Assembly (NCBI GenBank): GCA_040218735.1 | Contig: JAVJQW010000012.1 | Span: 288,001 to 352,000 of the forward strand | Origin: Deltaproteobacteria bacterium | GTDB taxonomy: Bacteria; Myxococcota; Kuafuiibacteriia; Kuafuiibacteriales; Kuafuiibacteriaceae | Direction of reading: 5' to 3' | DNA length: 64,000 bases | Shown: positions 47,995-56,375 of the stretch, piece after piece | How the letters are laid out: the number at the start of each line of letters is the position of its first letter | Position numbering within the stretch: position 1 is the stretch's first letter | Position numbers and translations under genes: made by a program | The notes under the pieces: generated by a model | What the model was told of the DNA's origin: nothing | Databases searched by the model: none | What the model saw: only the letters and a program-made list of their open reading frames with translations

Positions 47995-49755
47995 TCAGGG
48001 GGTGTAGATCAGCTTCGCCAGGCGATCCGAGAACGCCATCAACGCCCACACGGTGCCGTTGCCGCTGAGCTCGAGCTCGGTGATGGGGCCCTCGCCGATC
48101 TCCAGGGTCCCGGGGAGGATGCGCGCTTCGGCGACGTCGACGAACGCGATGAAGCTGCGGTTGTGGCCGCTCTCGTCCGTGCCGTCGAAGCCGGCGATCG
48201 CGAGGGAGGGGAGCGGCGGGAAGTTCGTGAGCGCGTACGGCTCGCCGGCCTCCTCGTAGATCGGGAAGCGCCGACAGGTGCCGTCGCCTTCGGGGTCGAG
48301 CACGAAGATCGACTGCGTATCGCCGCGCATGCTGGCGATCAGCCGACCGGTGTCGGGGTGGTAGATGAGGTCGCGCGGGGAGCCCTTGCCGCACTGGGTG
48401 CGGAGCTCGAACGCGACGACGTCGTTCCCGCGCGCGAGGACGATCGTGGGCTGCTCCGACTCGACCGAAGCGACGGTGCCGCCGGGCATCATCGTGACCG
48501 CGCGGGGGCGCGCGCCGAACGGTCCGACTTCGCCGACGCGTTCGAGCGTCTCGAGGTCGAACGCGATGCCGTAGCCGACCTCGTCCTCGATCGCCGTCAG
48601 GAGCAAGACGACTTGCTGGTCGACCTGGTTCACGACGACGTCCATCGGGAAGTGCCGCGGGCCGAGCGCGACCGTCGTGGTGGCGACGACTTCGCCGGTC
48701 TCCTCGAGCAGCGCGACCCCGACGTCGCCGTCGTTGTACATGCCCACGATGCGGTCGGCGCCGGGGACACGTCGGATGTTCCGCAGGCAGTCGAGCGTCG
48801 GCTCGCCGTAGACCTGGAGGAGCGAGTCGTGGTCGAAGAGCAGCAGCTCGGTCGAGACGTTCTTGCAGCCCGTCACGGACGCGGGCCTCACGAAGCGCGT
48901 GACGGCGACCTGGCCGTCGAGGATCGCCATTCCGCCGAGGTGGCGATTGCCGACGCCGGTGCCGCCGTTCAGCGGCTCACCGTCGCCGACGGGGCGGCTC
49001 ATGACTTCGAAGGGCGGCGGCGTCCCGCGCGCGAACACGTCGATCGGGCAGATCTTGCCTTCGAAGAAGCCGCCTTGGCACTCGAGCGACGTGACGGCCT
49101 CGTAGCGGGTCGGGCGATGTACACACGCGCCGAACAACGTGGACGATTCGTACTCGACGGAGCCGTCGCCGCGCACGACGCCGCGGAGGCGTCCGCCGAC
49201 GCAGTGCCGCGTCTCGATGTCGAGTGTGCAGCCGGACTGACGGGCGATCGTGTCGCAGGAGAAGGGGCTGCACCCGTCGCTGACGTGGCCGATCTCGTCG
49301 GCGCCGAGGAGTGTGGGGCAGTCGGGGAGCCAGGGCGCGGTGAGGTCCGGGGCTTCGTCGAGCGGTGAGACCGGATCACCCGGCCGAAACCCGCCGACCC
49401 AGTCCGCGGTGGGCAGGCGGGGGGCGTTCGGGCCGGCGGGGCGCACGGGGAGCGTGGCGAGATCGGCGTCTTCGGGGCGGCCGTGGAGGCGGTCGATCGT
49501 CGTGCGGTCGAACGCGTAGACGAGGTAGCGATCGGGGTCGTCGGTGGCGGAGAGGGTGGTGTCGAGGCGCCCGAGGTCGTCGACGGGGACGAGGCCGGTC
49601 GAGCCGACGAGCGCTTCGTTCGCGAACCCGAGCACGGCCGCGTAGGTGTTCGGGGGTAGCGTGCCGACGGAGGTGACCTCACCGCCCCGGCAGCCGACCA
49701 CGGCGAGGGCGAGGGGAAGAAGCCAGGCTGCGCTCGTGTTGGGTTGATGGGCCAT
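47995..49755 (-). CDS. Cys-rich exported lipoprotein with C-terminal beta-propeller-like region
   Basis: LPLALAVVGC lipobox; Cys-rich middle region; beta-rich repeats. Start uncertain. Confidence 0.7.
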   Translation of the reverse strand: MAHQPNTSAAWLLPLALAVVGCRGGEVTSVGTLPPNTYAAVLGFANEALVGSTGLVPVDDLGRLDTTLSATDDPDRYLVYAFDRTTIDRLHGRPEDADLATLPVRPAGPNAPRLPTADWVGGFRPGDPVSPLDEAPDLTAPWLPDCPTLLGADEIGHVSDGCSPFSCDTIARQSGCTLDIETRHCVGGRLRGVVRGDGSVEYESSTLFGACVHRPTRYEAVTSLECQGGFFEGKICPIDVFARGTPPPFEVMSRPVGDGEPLNGGTGVGNRHLGGMAILDGQVAVTRFVRPASVTGCKNVSTELLLFDHDSLLQVYGEPTLDCLRNIRRVPGADRIVGMYNDGDVGVALLEETGEVVATTTVALGPRHFPMDVVVNQVDQQVVLLLTAIEDEVGYGIAFDLETLERVGEVGPFGARPRAVTMMPGGTVASVESEQPTIVLARGNDVVAFELRTQCGKGSPRDLIYHPDTGRLIASMRGDTQSIFVLDPEGDGTCRRFPIYEEAGEPYALTNFPPLPSLAIAGFDGTDESGHNRSFIAFVDVAEARILPGTLEIGEGPITELELSGNGTVWALMAFSDRLAKLIYTP

Positions 49756-50347
49756 GAGCGATTCGGTCGACAAACGGTGGAGGCGTCGCCTGCGGAGCGC
49801 AGGGTCGCTGCTCGCCCTCGTCATCACCATCACGTCAGCGCGATCTTCCCTGGCGGACCACTATACCGTGCCGACCGGTTCGATGGAGCCAACGATCCAA
49901 GTCGGCGACCGCATCCTGGTCAACAAGTTGGCGTTCGGTTTCCGTATCCCCTTCTCGATGACCTATCTTGCGACGTTCTCGGATCCGGAGCGGGGCGAGG
50001 TCGTGGTGCTGCGTTCGCCGGTCGACGAGCGGACGTTGGTGAAGCGCGTGGTCGGGGTGCCCGGCGATCAGCTCGAGGTTCGTGACGGGCGGGTGTTCGT
50101 GGACGGTCGTCTGCTGATCGAGCGTCACGAAGTGGTGTACGGCCCGGGTCGGGATTTGGCGCCGACGACCATCCCGGAAGGGAAGCTCCTGGTGCTGGGG
50201 GACAACCGTCCGAACAGCCTCGACGGGCGTTTCTTCGGCCTGGTGGATCGCGATGACGTCTACGGGCGTGCCGAGCGGATCTACTTTTCGGATGGGTTCA
50301 CCTGGGACCGGCTATCGCCCATGACCCAGCGTGGATCGACGCGGTAG
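49754..50347 (+). CDS. lepB: Signal peptidase I
   Basis: PTGSMEPT, GDRILVNK, VKRVVGVPGD, GDNRPNSLDGRFFG. Confidence 0.95.
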   Translation: MSDSVDKRWRRRLRSAGSLLALVITITSARSSLADHYTVPTGSMEPTIQVGDRILVNKLAFGFRIPFSMTYLATFSDPERGEVVVLRSPVDERTLVKRVVGVPGDQLEVRDGRVFVDGRLLIERHEVVYGPGRDLAPTTIPEGKLLVLGDNRPNSLDGRFFGLVDRDDVYGRAERIYFSDGFTWDRLSPMTQRGSTR

Positions 50348-51252
50348 GCGAGCATCGCGACGACGGTGAGCGCGCCGAGCAGCAGGCTCGACAGCCACAG
50401 GTGCGCGACCTGGAGCACCGGCGGGACTGCGAAGTACGCGAGGCCGAGGCCGGCGGCGGCTTGTCCGCCGACGAGCACGGCGCTGGCGGTGGAGAAACCG
50501 CGCAGCCACACGTCGCGCTCGGCGTGACGGAACACCATCCAGACCAGGCCGAGCACGGCGAGGGTGGTGAGGGCCGCGACCTGGCGGTGGACGATGTCGA
50601 TGGTGCCGAGCTGGGTGATCCACTCGGCGCGGGCGAGCTCGGTCTTGGCGAGCTCTTGGATGTCGCCGCGGACGAACGCACCGATGCCGACCTGGACGAG
50701 CGTCAGCGCGAACACGCCGAGCGCGGCGCGCCCGAGGGTGCGGCGCTCCTTCGACAGCGGGACGTCGACGCGTCCGCCGGGGAAGAACGCGGTGACGGTC
50801 GCGTAGAGGAGCAGGCTCACGATCACGAGCGCGAGTACGAGGTGCGCGGTGAGGACGAGCGAGTGGAGGCCGGAGCGGACGACTTGACCGCCGAGCCAGC
50901 CTTCGACGCCGACGAGCACGAACGACGCGACGGTCGGCCAGAAGACACGCGGTGACTTGCGGTGGTGACGCCAGGCGAGGACGAGCGTCGCGAAGATCAG
51001 GAAGCCGACGGTGACGCCGACGAGGCGGTTGACGTACTCGGTCCAGGCCTTCGCGAAGTTGAAGAGCGCCGGGTCGATGTGTGAAGGGACCTGGGAGACG
51101 TCGGTGGGTGGGATCCACCGGTCGAAGCAGCGCGGCCAGTCGGGGCAGCCGAGCCCGGCGCCGGCCGCGCGCACGAGGCCGCCGACGGCGATCAGCAGGT
51201 AGGTCGCGACGGTGGTCGACAGCGCGAGCTTCTGGAATCGGTCGAGCCGCAC
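50281..51252 (-). CDS. ctaA: Heme A synthase (COX15/CtaA)
   Basis: AGLGCPDWPRC, EYVNR, conserved His in TAHL, IVHR and VAHL; about 8 TM. Confidence 0.88.
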   Translation of the reverse strand: MRLDRFQKLALSTTVATYLLIAVGGLVRAAGAGLGCPDWPRCFDRWIPPTDVSQVPSHIDPALFNFAKAWTEYVNRLVGVTVGFLIFATLVLAWRHHRKSPRVFWPTVASFVLVGVEGWLGGQVVRSGLHSLVLTAHLVLALVIVSLLLYATVTAFFPGGRVDVPLSKERRTLGRAALGVFALTLVQVGIGAFVRGDIQELAKTELARAEWITQLGTIDIVHRQVAALTTLAVLGLVWMVFRHAERDVWLRGFSTASAVLVGGQAAAGLGLAYFAVPPVLQVAHLWLSSLLLGALTVVAMLAYRVDPRWVMGDSRSQVNPSEK

Positions 51253-51295
51253 CGAGGACGTGATTGGCGATCCTCGGGCCCGGTGGCAAGCGATT

Positions 51296-51643
51296 TCAGC
51301 CTGCGGTGGGATCGTGGAGGGGCTTCTTCTCGGAGATGATCTGCGCGAGGAGCGCTTTCGAGTCCTCGTCGAGGTTCACGAACTGGATGCCCATGCCGCC
51401 GTCGTCACCGGGGATCACGCGGGCGACGCGCCCGAGGGCTTCGACGAGGCGGCGGCCGCCCTGGAGCATGAACTGCAGATAGATGTGCGTGCCGACCTCG
51501 CGGGTGTCGTCGGTGCGGATGAACATTCCGCCCATCGAGAGGTCTTCGGCGTACTCGGCGGAGAAGTCTTCGAACGAGTCGAAGCGGTACTGCACGAGCA
51601 CGTTCAGCGGGACTCGCGGAAACTGCCGGCGCTCGCTCCCCAT
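51296..51643 (-). CDS. Single-domain PilZ protein (TIGR02266-like)
   Basis: ERRQFPR (RxxxR), DLSMGG, GMGIQF. Confidence 0.9.
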   Translation of the reverse strand: MGSERRQFPRVPLNVLVQYRFDSFEDFSAEYAEDLSMGGMFIRTDDTREVGTHIYLQFMLQGGRRLVEALGRVARVIPGDDGGMGIQFVNLDEDSKALLAQIISEKKPLHDPTAG

Positions 51644-51692
51644 GTTCCCCAAGGCTGGCACGAAGCGGAGTCGGCGTCACGGTTGCGGTCCC

Positions 51693-52694
51693 CTAAGGGT
51701 CGAAGGCGCTGTCGAGTGCATCTTCGAGACTCAGGTCCTCGGCGACGGTGACGGGTTTGGCGGGTCGGCGGGCGTCGGGGCGTGACTCGCGACGGATCGC
51801 CGAGACGATCTCGGCGAGGACGTGTCGGCTCCGAGCGGGGTCGCGGCCCACCTCGAGGTCTTCGAGGGCGCGCAGGAACGCGGCGGCGTGCGGGTAGCGG
51901 TAGCGGACGTCCGGGAAGAGCGCGCGGCGGAGGACGCGGACGAGGCCGTCGGGGACACCGGTGCGGACGGTCTCGATGCCGGGGACGGCGCCGTGCTCGA
52001 CGGCGGAGAGGATCTCTTCGAGCTCCATCGATTCGAAGACGCGCTCGCCGGCGAGGAGCTCCCAGAGGACGACGGCGGTGGAGTAGATGTCGGCGCGCAG
52101 GTCGAACTGATCGCCGCGGGCTTGTTCGGGGGCGCGGTAGCGGATCTTGCCGCCGGGGGCGACGCCTTCCATCGCGACCATGCCTTCGCTCTTGGCCATG
52201 CCGAAGTCGAGGAGCTTCACCTCGCCGCCGACGTTCACCATGACGTTGGCGGGCGCGATGTCGCAGTGGAGGAGGCCGAGGGGGTGGCCTTCGTCGTCGG
52301 TGAGGCGGTGGACGTAGTCGAGCGCGACGAGGATCTCCTTGGCGATGTGGACGCACTCGTCGATGCCGAGGCGGCGTTCGTGTTGTTCGAGCACACGTTC
52401 GAGGCGGAAGACGTCGACGCCTTCGACGTACTCGAGCACGACGCCCCAGTCTTCGCCGAAGCGCTCGAGGTTGAGGATCTGGACGATGTTGCCGTGGGTG
52501 AGTCGGGCGGCGAGGCGGGCTTCGTCGATGAGCGACTGCACGAGCTCGGCGCTCTGCGCGTACTCGGGGAGGATGCGTTTGATCGCGACGATCTTCTCGA
52601 AGCCACCGGCGCCGGCCATGCGTGCGCGATAGATCTCACCGACGCCGCCGGCCGCGATGCGTTCGAGGAGTTGGTAGGGGCCGAAGGTCTCCAC
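51693..52694 (-). CDS. Ser/Thr protein kinase (non-RD, HCD)
   Basis: GGVGEIY, VAIK, HCDIAPAN, DFG, YRAPE. Confidence 0.9.
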   Translation of the reverse strand: METFGPYQLLERIAAGGVGEIYRARMAGAGGFEKIVAIKRILPEYAQSAELVQSLIDEARLAARLTHGNIVQILNLERFGEDWGVVLEYVEGVDVFRLERVLEQHERRLGIDECVHIAKEILVALDYVHRLTDDEGHPLGLLHCDIAPANVMVNVGGEVKLLDFGMAKSEGMVAMEGVAPGGKIRYRAPEQARGDQFDLRADIYSTAVVLWELLAGERVFESMELEEILSAVEHGAVPGIETVRTGVPDGLVRVLRRALFPDVRYRYPHAAAFLRALEDLEVGRDPARSRHVLAEIVSAIRRESRPDARRPAKPVTVAEDLSLEDALDSAFDP

Positions 52695-52745
52695 CGCGGC
52701 CGACGCTACCCACGGGCCGGGGCTTTGGCCATCGGGCGGAGCGTC

Positions 52746-52800
52746 GTCCGATAATCGGACCTGGTTTTCGAAAGTCGGACGATTCGTTCGACATTCGGAC
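52746..52800. promoter_or_regulatory. Three tandem imperfect palindromes GTCCGA-N3-TCGGAC with 20-bp period
   Basis: GTCCGATAATCGGAC (52746-52760), TTTCGAAAGTCGGAC (52766-52780), GTTCGACATTCGGAC (52786-52800). Confidence 0.75.
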
Positions 52801-52830
52801 GAATCGCGGCGCGCGGCGGCACGGTTCGCT

Positions 52831-52846
52831 TGGCCCGTTCCTTGTT
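52831..52846 (+). promoter_or_regulatory. Candidate sigma54 promoter of comEA
   Basis: TGGCCCGTTCCTTGTT: GG 52832-52833, N10, GT (variant -12 TTGT). Confidence 0.45.
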
Positions 52847-52859
52847 AGTGCGTCGCCCC

Positions 52860-53198
52860 ATGCACAAGGCCCTACGGGGGCTCGCCCTCGCGTTCGTCCT
52901 GCAGACCGGGACGGCGCTCGCGGCGGAGCCCGTCGACAAGCTCGATCTGAACACGGCGACCATCGCGCAGCTCGTGAAGCTGCCGGGGGTCGGCCCGAAG
53001 CGCGCGGACGCGATCGTGAAGCTACGCGAGCGCGTCCCGTTTCGACGCGTGCGTGATCTGCTACGCGTCCGCGGGATCGGGAGGAAGTCGCTCGCGCGGT
53101 TGAGGCCGCTGGTGCGGGTCGCTCCGCCGAAGGTGATCAAACCGCGCCGTGCAGCGCGACGCCGAGGACGAACACCGCAGCGAAGAAGATCAGACTGA
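52860..53198 (+). CDS. comEA: ComEA-family helix-hairpin-helix DNA-binding protein
   Basis: Signal peptide; LDLNTAT..L..LPGVGPKRA.AIV..R...F....DL..VRGIG. Confidence 0.9.
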   Translation: MHKALRGLALAFVLQTGTALAAEPVDKLDLNTATIAQLVKLPGVGPKRADAIVKLRERVPFRRVRDLLRVRGIGRKSLARLRPLVRVAPPKVIKPRRAARRRGRTPQRRRSD

Positions 53199-54846
53199 CG
53201 GCGACGGGGAGCGTCCACGTGCGGTCGTCCGGCATCGACATCACCGAGGTCGGGAGGAGCGGACGCGGCGTCGGATCCGGGCGCGCGGAGACGACGTGCC
53301 ACGGCGCCGACCTCCGCGTCGGCGCGGCGCTTTGGGGACGTGAAGGCGCTCGGGTCTCGACCGACGCCCTCGGCGAAGACGGCCGCCGCGTGACGGCGGC
53401 GTCGTCGGGTTCGAGCCGGATCTGCAGCGGCATCGTGGGGAGCACCGCGCCGGTCGGCGCGATGGTCTCGGGTTCGTCGCAGACGTTCGGCGGCGGCGGA
53501 TAGACGATCGCCTCCGTCACGGCCGCGAGGAGATCCGCGTCGGCGACGGTCGCCGAGCCAAGCGAGCGCCGCGCGGGGATCGGCGGCGCGTCGAGGCCTG
53601 CGTCGGTGACGGCGTCGAGGCTGCGGAAGTCGGGGCAGTCGTCCGGCAGCGGAGGCGTCACGAGCGTGCCGAGGTCCGGGGGCGCGACGTCGTCCGTCTT
53701 GGTGACGTCGATGACGAGCTCCAGCTCCGTCGGCGCTGCGAGCGCGAGCGGGTAGATGCCGCCGTGCTCGCCGGTTCGGGTCTCGTCGATCGCGGGGTCG
53801 ATGTCGAGGTCAGCGCAGAGGACAGCGGGGTCGGGGGGTGGGGGGGAGGGGGGGCCCTGGTCGGTGACGTCGATGTCCGGGTGCAGCGCGATCGGCTTCG
53901 TGCGCTCCTCGATGTACGCCGGCACCTTCGGCAGGCTGTCCGCCACGACCTTCGCGCCTTCGGAGCGCGGCGCCCACCCCGACGGGAGCACCCGCACGAG
54001 CAGCGCGCGCACCGCATCGAGCGTCGGGCGATCCTGCGGCGCCCGCGCGAGGCACGCCTGGACCATCTCGAGGATCGCCTCGCGCTCGGGCGTGCCGGCC
54101 GGCAGCGCGAGGTCCGGGACGTGCCCGCGCAGCTTGGCGCGCACGGTCTCGTGGATCTTGTTCGCCGGAAACACGCGTCGCCCCGCGAGCAGCTCGTAGA
54201 GCACCTCGCCGATCGCGTAGACGTCGGTCGCAAACGACGGCTCCGGGCGACGCATGATCTGCTCCGGCGCCATGTACGCCGGCGTCCCGAGCATCATCCC
54301 CGTCGCGGTCCGGCCCGACGCCTGCGCGAGCTTCGCGATGCCGAAGTCGACGAGCTTGAGGGTCGGCGTGTCCTCACACACGTCGGGGTGCTTCGTGAGG
54401 AGGAGGTTGCCCGGCTTCAGGTCACGGTGGATGACGCCGGCCCGGTGCGCCGCCGCCGTCGCCTCGACGAGCTGAATCGCGATCGCGATCGCGTGCTCGA
54501 AACGGAACGCCCGCCCGCGCAGCTGCATCAGGCTGGGCCCTTCGACGAGCTCCATCACCAGCGCGACGCGACGCGGCTCGTCCGAGGACACGAAGTCGAA
54601 GATGTCGACGATGTTCGGGTGCCGGATGTCGTTGACGATCCGCGCCTCCGTCAGGAGACGCGCCACGACCGTCGAGTTCGACACTAGCTCGGGCGACAGC
54701 ACCTTCACGGCGGCCGGCCGCCCCAGCAGCGCGTGGCGCGCGAGGAAGACGTGCGCCGTCGAGCCCATCGCGAGCAGCTGCTCCAGCGCGTAACCGCCGA
54801 TGACTTCCCCGGGCTTGGCGATCCAACTTCGATCGGTGCGGACCAT
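53137..54846 (-). CDS. Ser/Thr protein kinase with Pro/Asp-rich linker and C-terminal TM
   Basis: AAVK, HRDLKPGN, DFG, GTPAYMAPE; start 54846 or 54882. Confidence 0.9.
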   Translation of the reverse strand: MVRTDRSWIAKPGEVIGGYALEQLLAMGSTAHVFLARHALLGRPAAVKVLSPELVSNSTVVARLLTEARIVNDIRHPNIVDIFDFVSSDEPRRVALVMELVEGPSLMQLRGRAFRFEHAIAIAIQLVEATAAAHRAGVIHRDLKPGNLLLTKHPDVCEDTPTLKLVDFGIAKLAQASGRTATGMMLGTPAYMAPEQIMRRPEPSFATDVYAIGEVLYELLAGRRVFPANKIHETVRAKLRGHVPDLALPAGTPEREAILEMVQACLARAPQDRPTLDAVRALLVRVLPSGWAPRSEGAKVVADSLPKVPAYIEERTKPIALHPDIDVTDQGPPSPPPPDPAVLCADLDIDPAIDETRTGEHGGIYPLALAAPTELELVIDVTKTDDVAPPDLGTLVTPPLPDDCPDFRSLDAVTDAGLDAPPIPARRSLGSATVADADLLAAVTEAIVYPPPPNVCDEPETIAPTGAVLPTMPLQIRLEPDDAAVTRRPSSPRASVETRAPSRPQSAAPTRRSAPWHVVSARPDPTPRPLLPTSVMSMPDDRTWTLPVAVSLIFFAAVFVLGVALHGAV

Positions 54847-54914
54847 GACCGCGAGTATTCGCAAGTCGTCCTCCGGGATCACTTGCGAACGCTTGCACGC
54901 GCTCTAGAGCGCGA

Positions 54915-56375
54915 TCACAGGGTCTTGAGGTACTCGATCACGGCCGCCCGTTGTGCCGAGGTCAGCACGTCACCAAAGGTGTGACCCTGGTTGCCGTGGC
55001 CCGGGAGCGTCGTGTCGTAGATCGGCGGGCGCTCGGCGGGGTTCGTGATCTCGCGGTGGCCTCGGTCGCTCGCCGTCCACTGCCAACCGAGTCGATCGTA
55101 GTCGTAGTCCGCGTCGTCGAAGGTGCGCGTCCAGTACGTCGGGCGCGACGTGCTGTCGAGGAGCGTCTCCAGGTCCGGCACCGAGCCGTTGTGCAGATAC
55201 GGCGCCGTGATCCACACGCCGTCGAGCGGCGGCGCGACGTAACCCTCCGCCGGGATCAGCGAAGCGATCTGTCCGTAGAAGGACGCCTCGAACCAGTCGA
55301 CGAAGCGCTCCGCGAGCTGCGCCGTTCCGGCGGCGAGCATCGGATCCGTCCCGATCTCATCGAGCCCGACGACCAAGTTCGGGTACGTCTCCTCCTCGCC
55401 GTACGTTCCGTGGCAACGCGAGCAGTACGTGTCGAAGTACGTCTGGCCCTCCGCCGCGAGCTGCGCGTCGACCGTGCGGGGAAAGGCCGGCGGCTCGAGG
55501 CTCGCAATGTACGCGCGCACGTCCGGGAAGTACGCGTCGATCGCGTTCGCCTCCTCGACGCTGTCCACGCACAGCACCGACGCCGTCATCATGATCCGCG
55601 CGTGATCCTCGCGCCCCGCCGCGCTGTAGAACATCGCGTTCTTCTTCTTCATCCGCCACCACGGCGGCACGTCGACCGGGAGCGGCGTTCGCTCCGGGAC
55701 CTCGAGCGCCGGCTCGTCCAACCACGCGAGGGTGTCGGCGTCGCGGTGCGCGAAGAGGATCGCCGCGAGGTTGTCGGCGGGGTTCGTTCCGATCACCTGC
55801 GTCTGGATGAACGGCGCGGTCGTCACGATGCGGTCGCGCCACTTCTCGTACTCGGCGCGCTCGGCTGGGTCGTTCGACACCAAGATGCCCGCGGCCTGGG
55901 CGAACATCGACGGATCCGCGGTGAAGTTGCGCAGCGAATCACCGAGCCCCATCACGACCTCGCCGTCGAACACCCCCGCGTGACACGTCAGACAGTTCGA
56001 CGACACCACCGTCACGCTGCTCGTCGTCACGAACGCGTTGAAGTCGTACGGCAGATCCGCGTTGAGCGCGTCGCGCCCCGGGAGCTTGCGCGAAGCCGGC
56101 GTCCCGCCGAACACCTGGTCGAAGGCCGCCTTCGGCACGCCGCATCCGACGTACCCGCGATTCACCAACGCCTCGTAGCCGACCTGCGGATCACCGGGCC
56201 GCTGCGTGTACTCGGGGATCGGACCGATCAACGAACCTCCGTCCCGCGGCGCGGGTCCGGCGTCGCGCGTGCCTGCGTCGGCGACACCGGCGTCGCGGGT
56301 CACGCCGTCGTCGTCGGACGAGGAAGCGTCACAAGCGATCAGCGCCAACGAACACCACACCACCGCGCGACGCAT
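54915..56375 (-). CDS. Di-heme c-type cytochrome lipoprotein (RoxA-like/CCP superfamily)
   Basis: LALIAC lipobox; CLTCH and CSRCH; PPWWRMKKK; APPLDGVWITAPYLHNGSVP; GHTFG. Confidence 0.85.
   Translation of the reverse strand: MRRAVVWCSLALIACDASSSDDDGVTRDAGVADAGTRDAGPAPRDGGSLIGPIPEYTQRPGDPQVGYEALVNRGYVGCGVPKAAFDQVFGGTPASRKLPGRDALNADLPYDFNAFVTTSSVTVVSSNCLTCHAGVFDGEVVMGLGDSLRNFTADPSMFAQAAGILVSNDPAERAEYEKWRDRIVTTAPFIQTQVIGTNPADNLAAILFAHRDADTLAWLDEPALEVPERTPLPVDVPPWWRMKKKNAMFYSAAGREDHARIMMTASVLCVDSVEEANAIDAYFPDVRAYIASLEPPAFPRTVDAQLAAEGQTYFDTYCSRCHGTYGEEETYPNLVVGLDEIGTDPMLAAGTAQLAERFVDWFEASFYGQIASLIPAEGYVAPPLDGVWITAPYLHNGSVPDLETLLDSTSRPTYWTRTFDDADYDYDRLGWQWTASDRGHREITNPAERPPIYDTTLPGHGNQGHTFGDVLTSAQRAAVIEYLKTL

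Noticed and set aside
52741-52800. 20-bp periodic repeat considered as a mini-CRISPR or iteron array
   Set aside because: Only three units with 5-bp spacers and no cas or rep gene; better explained as operators.
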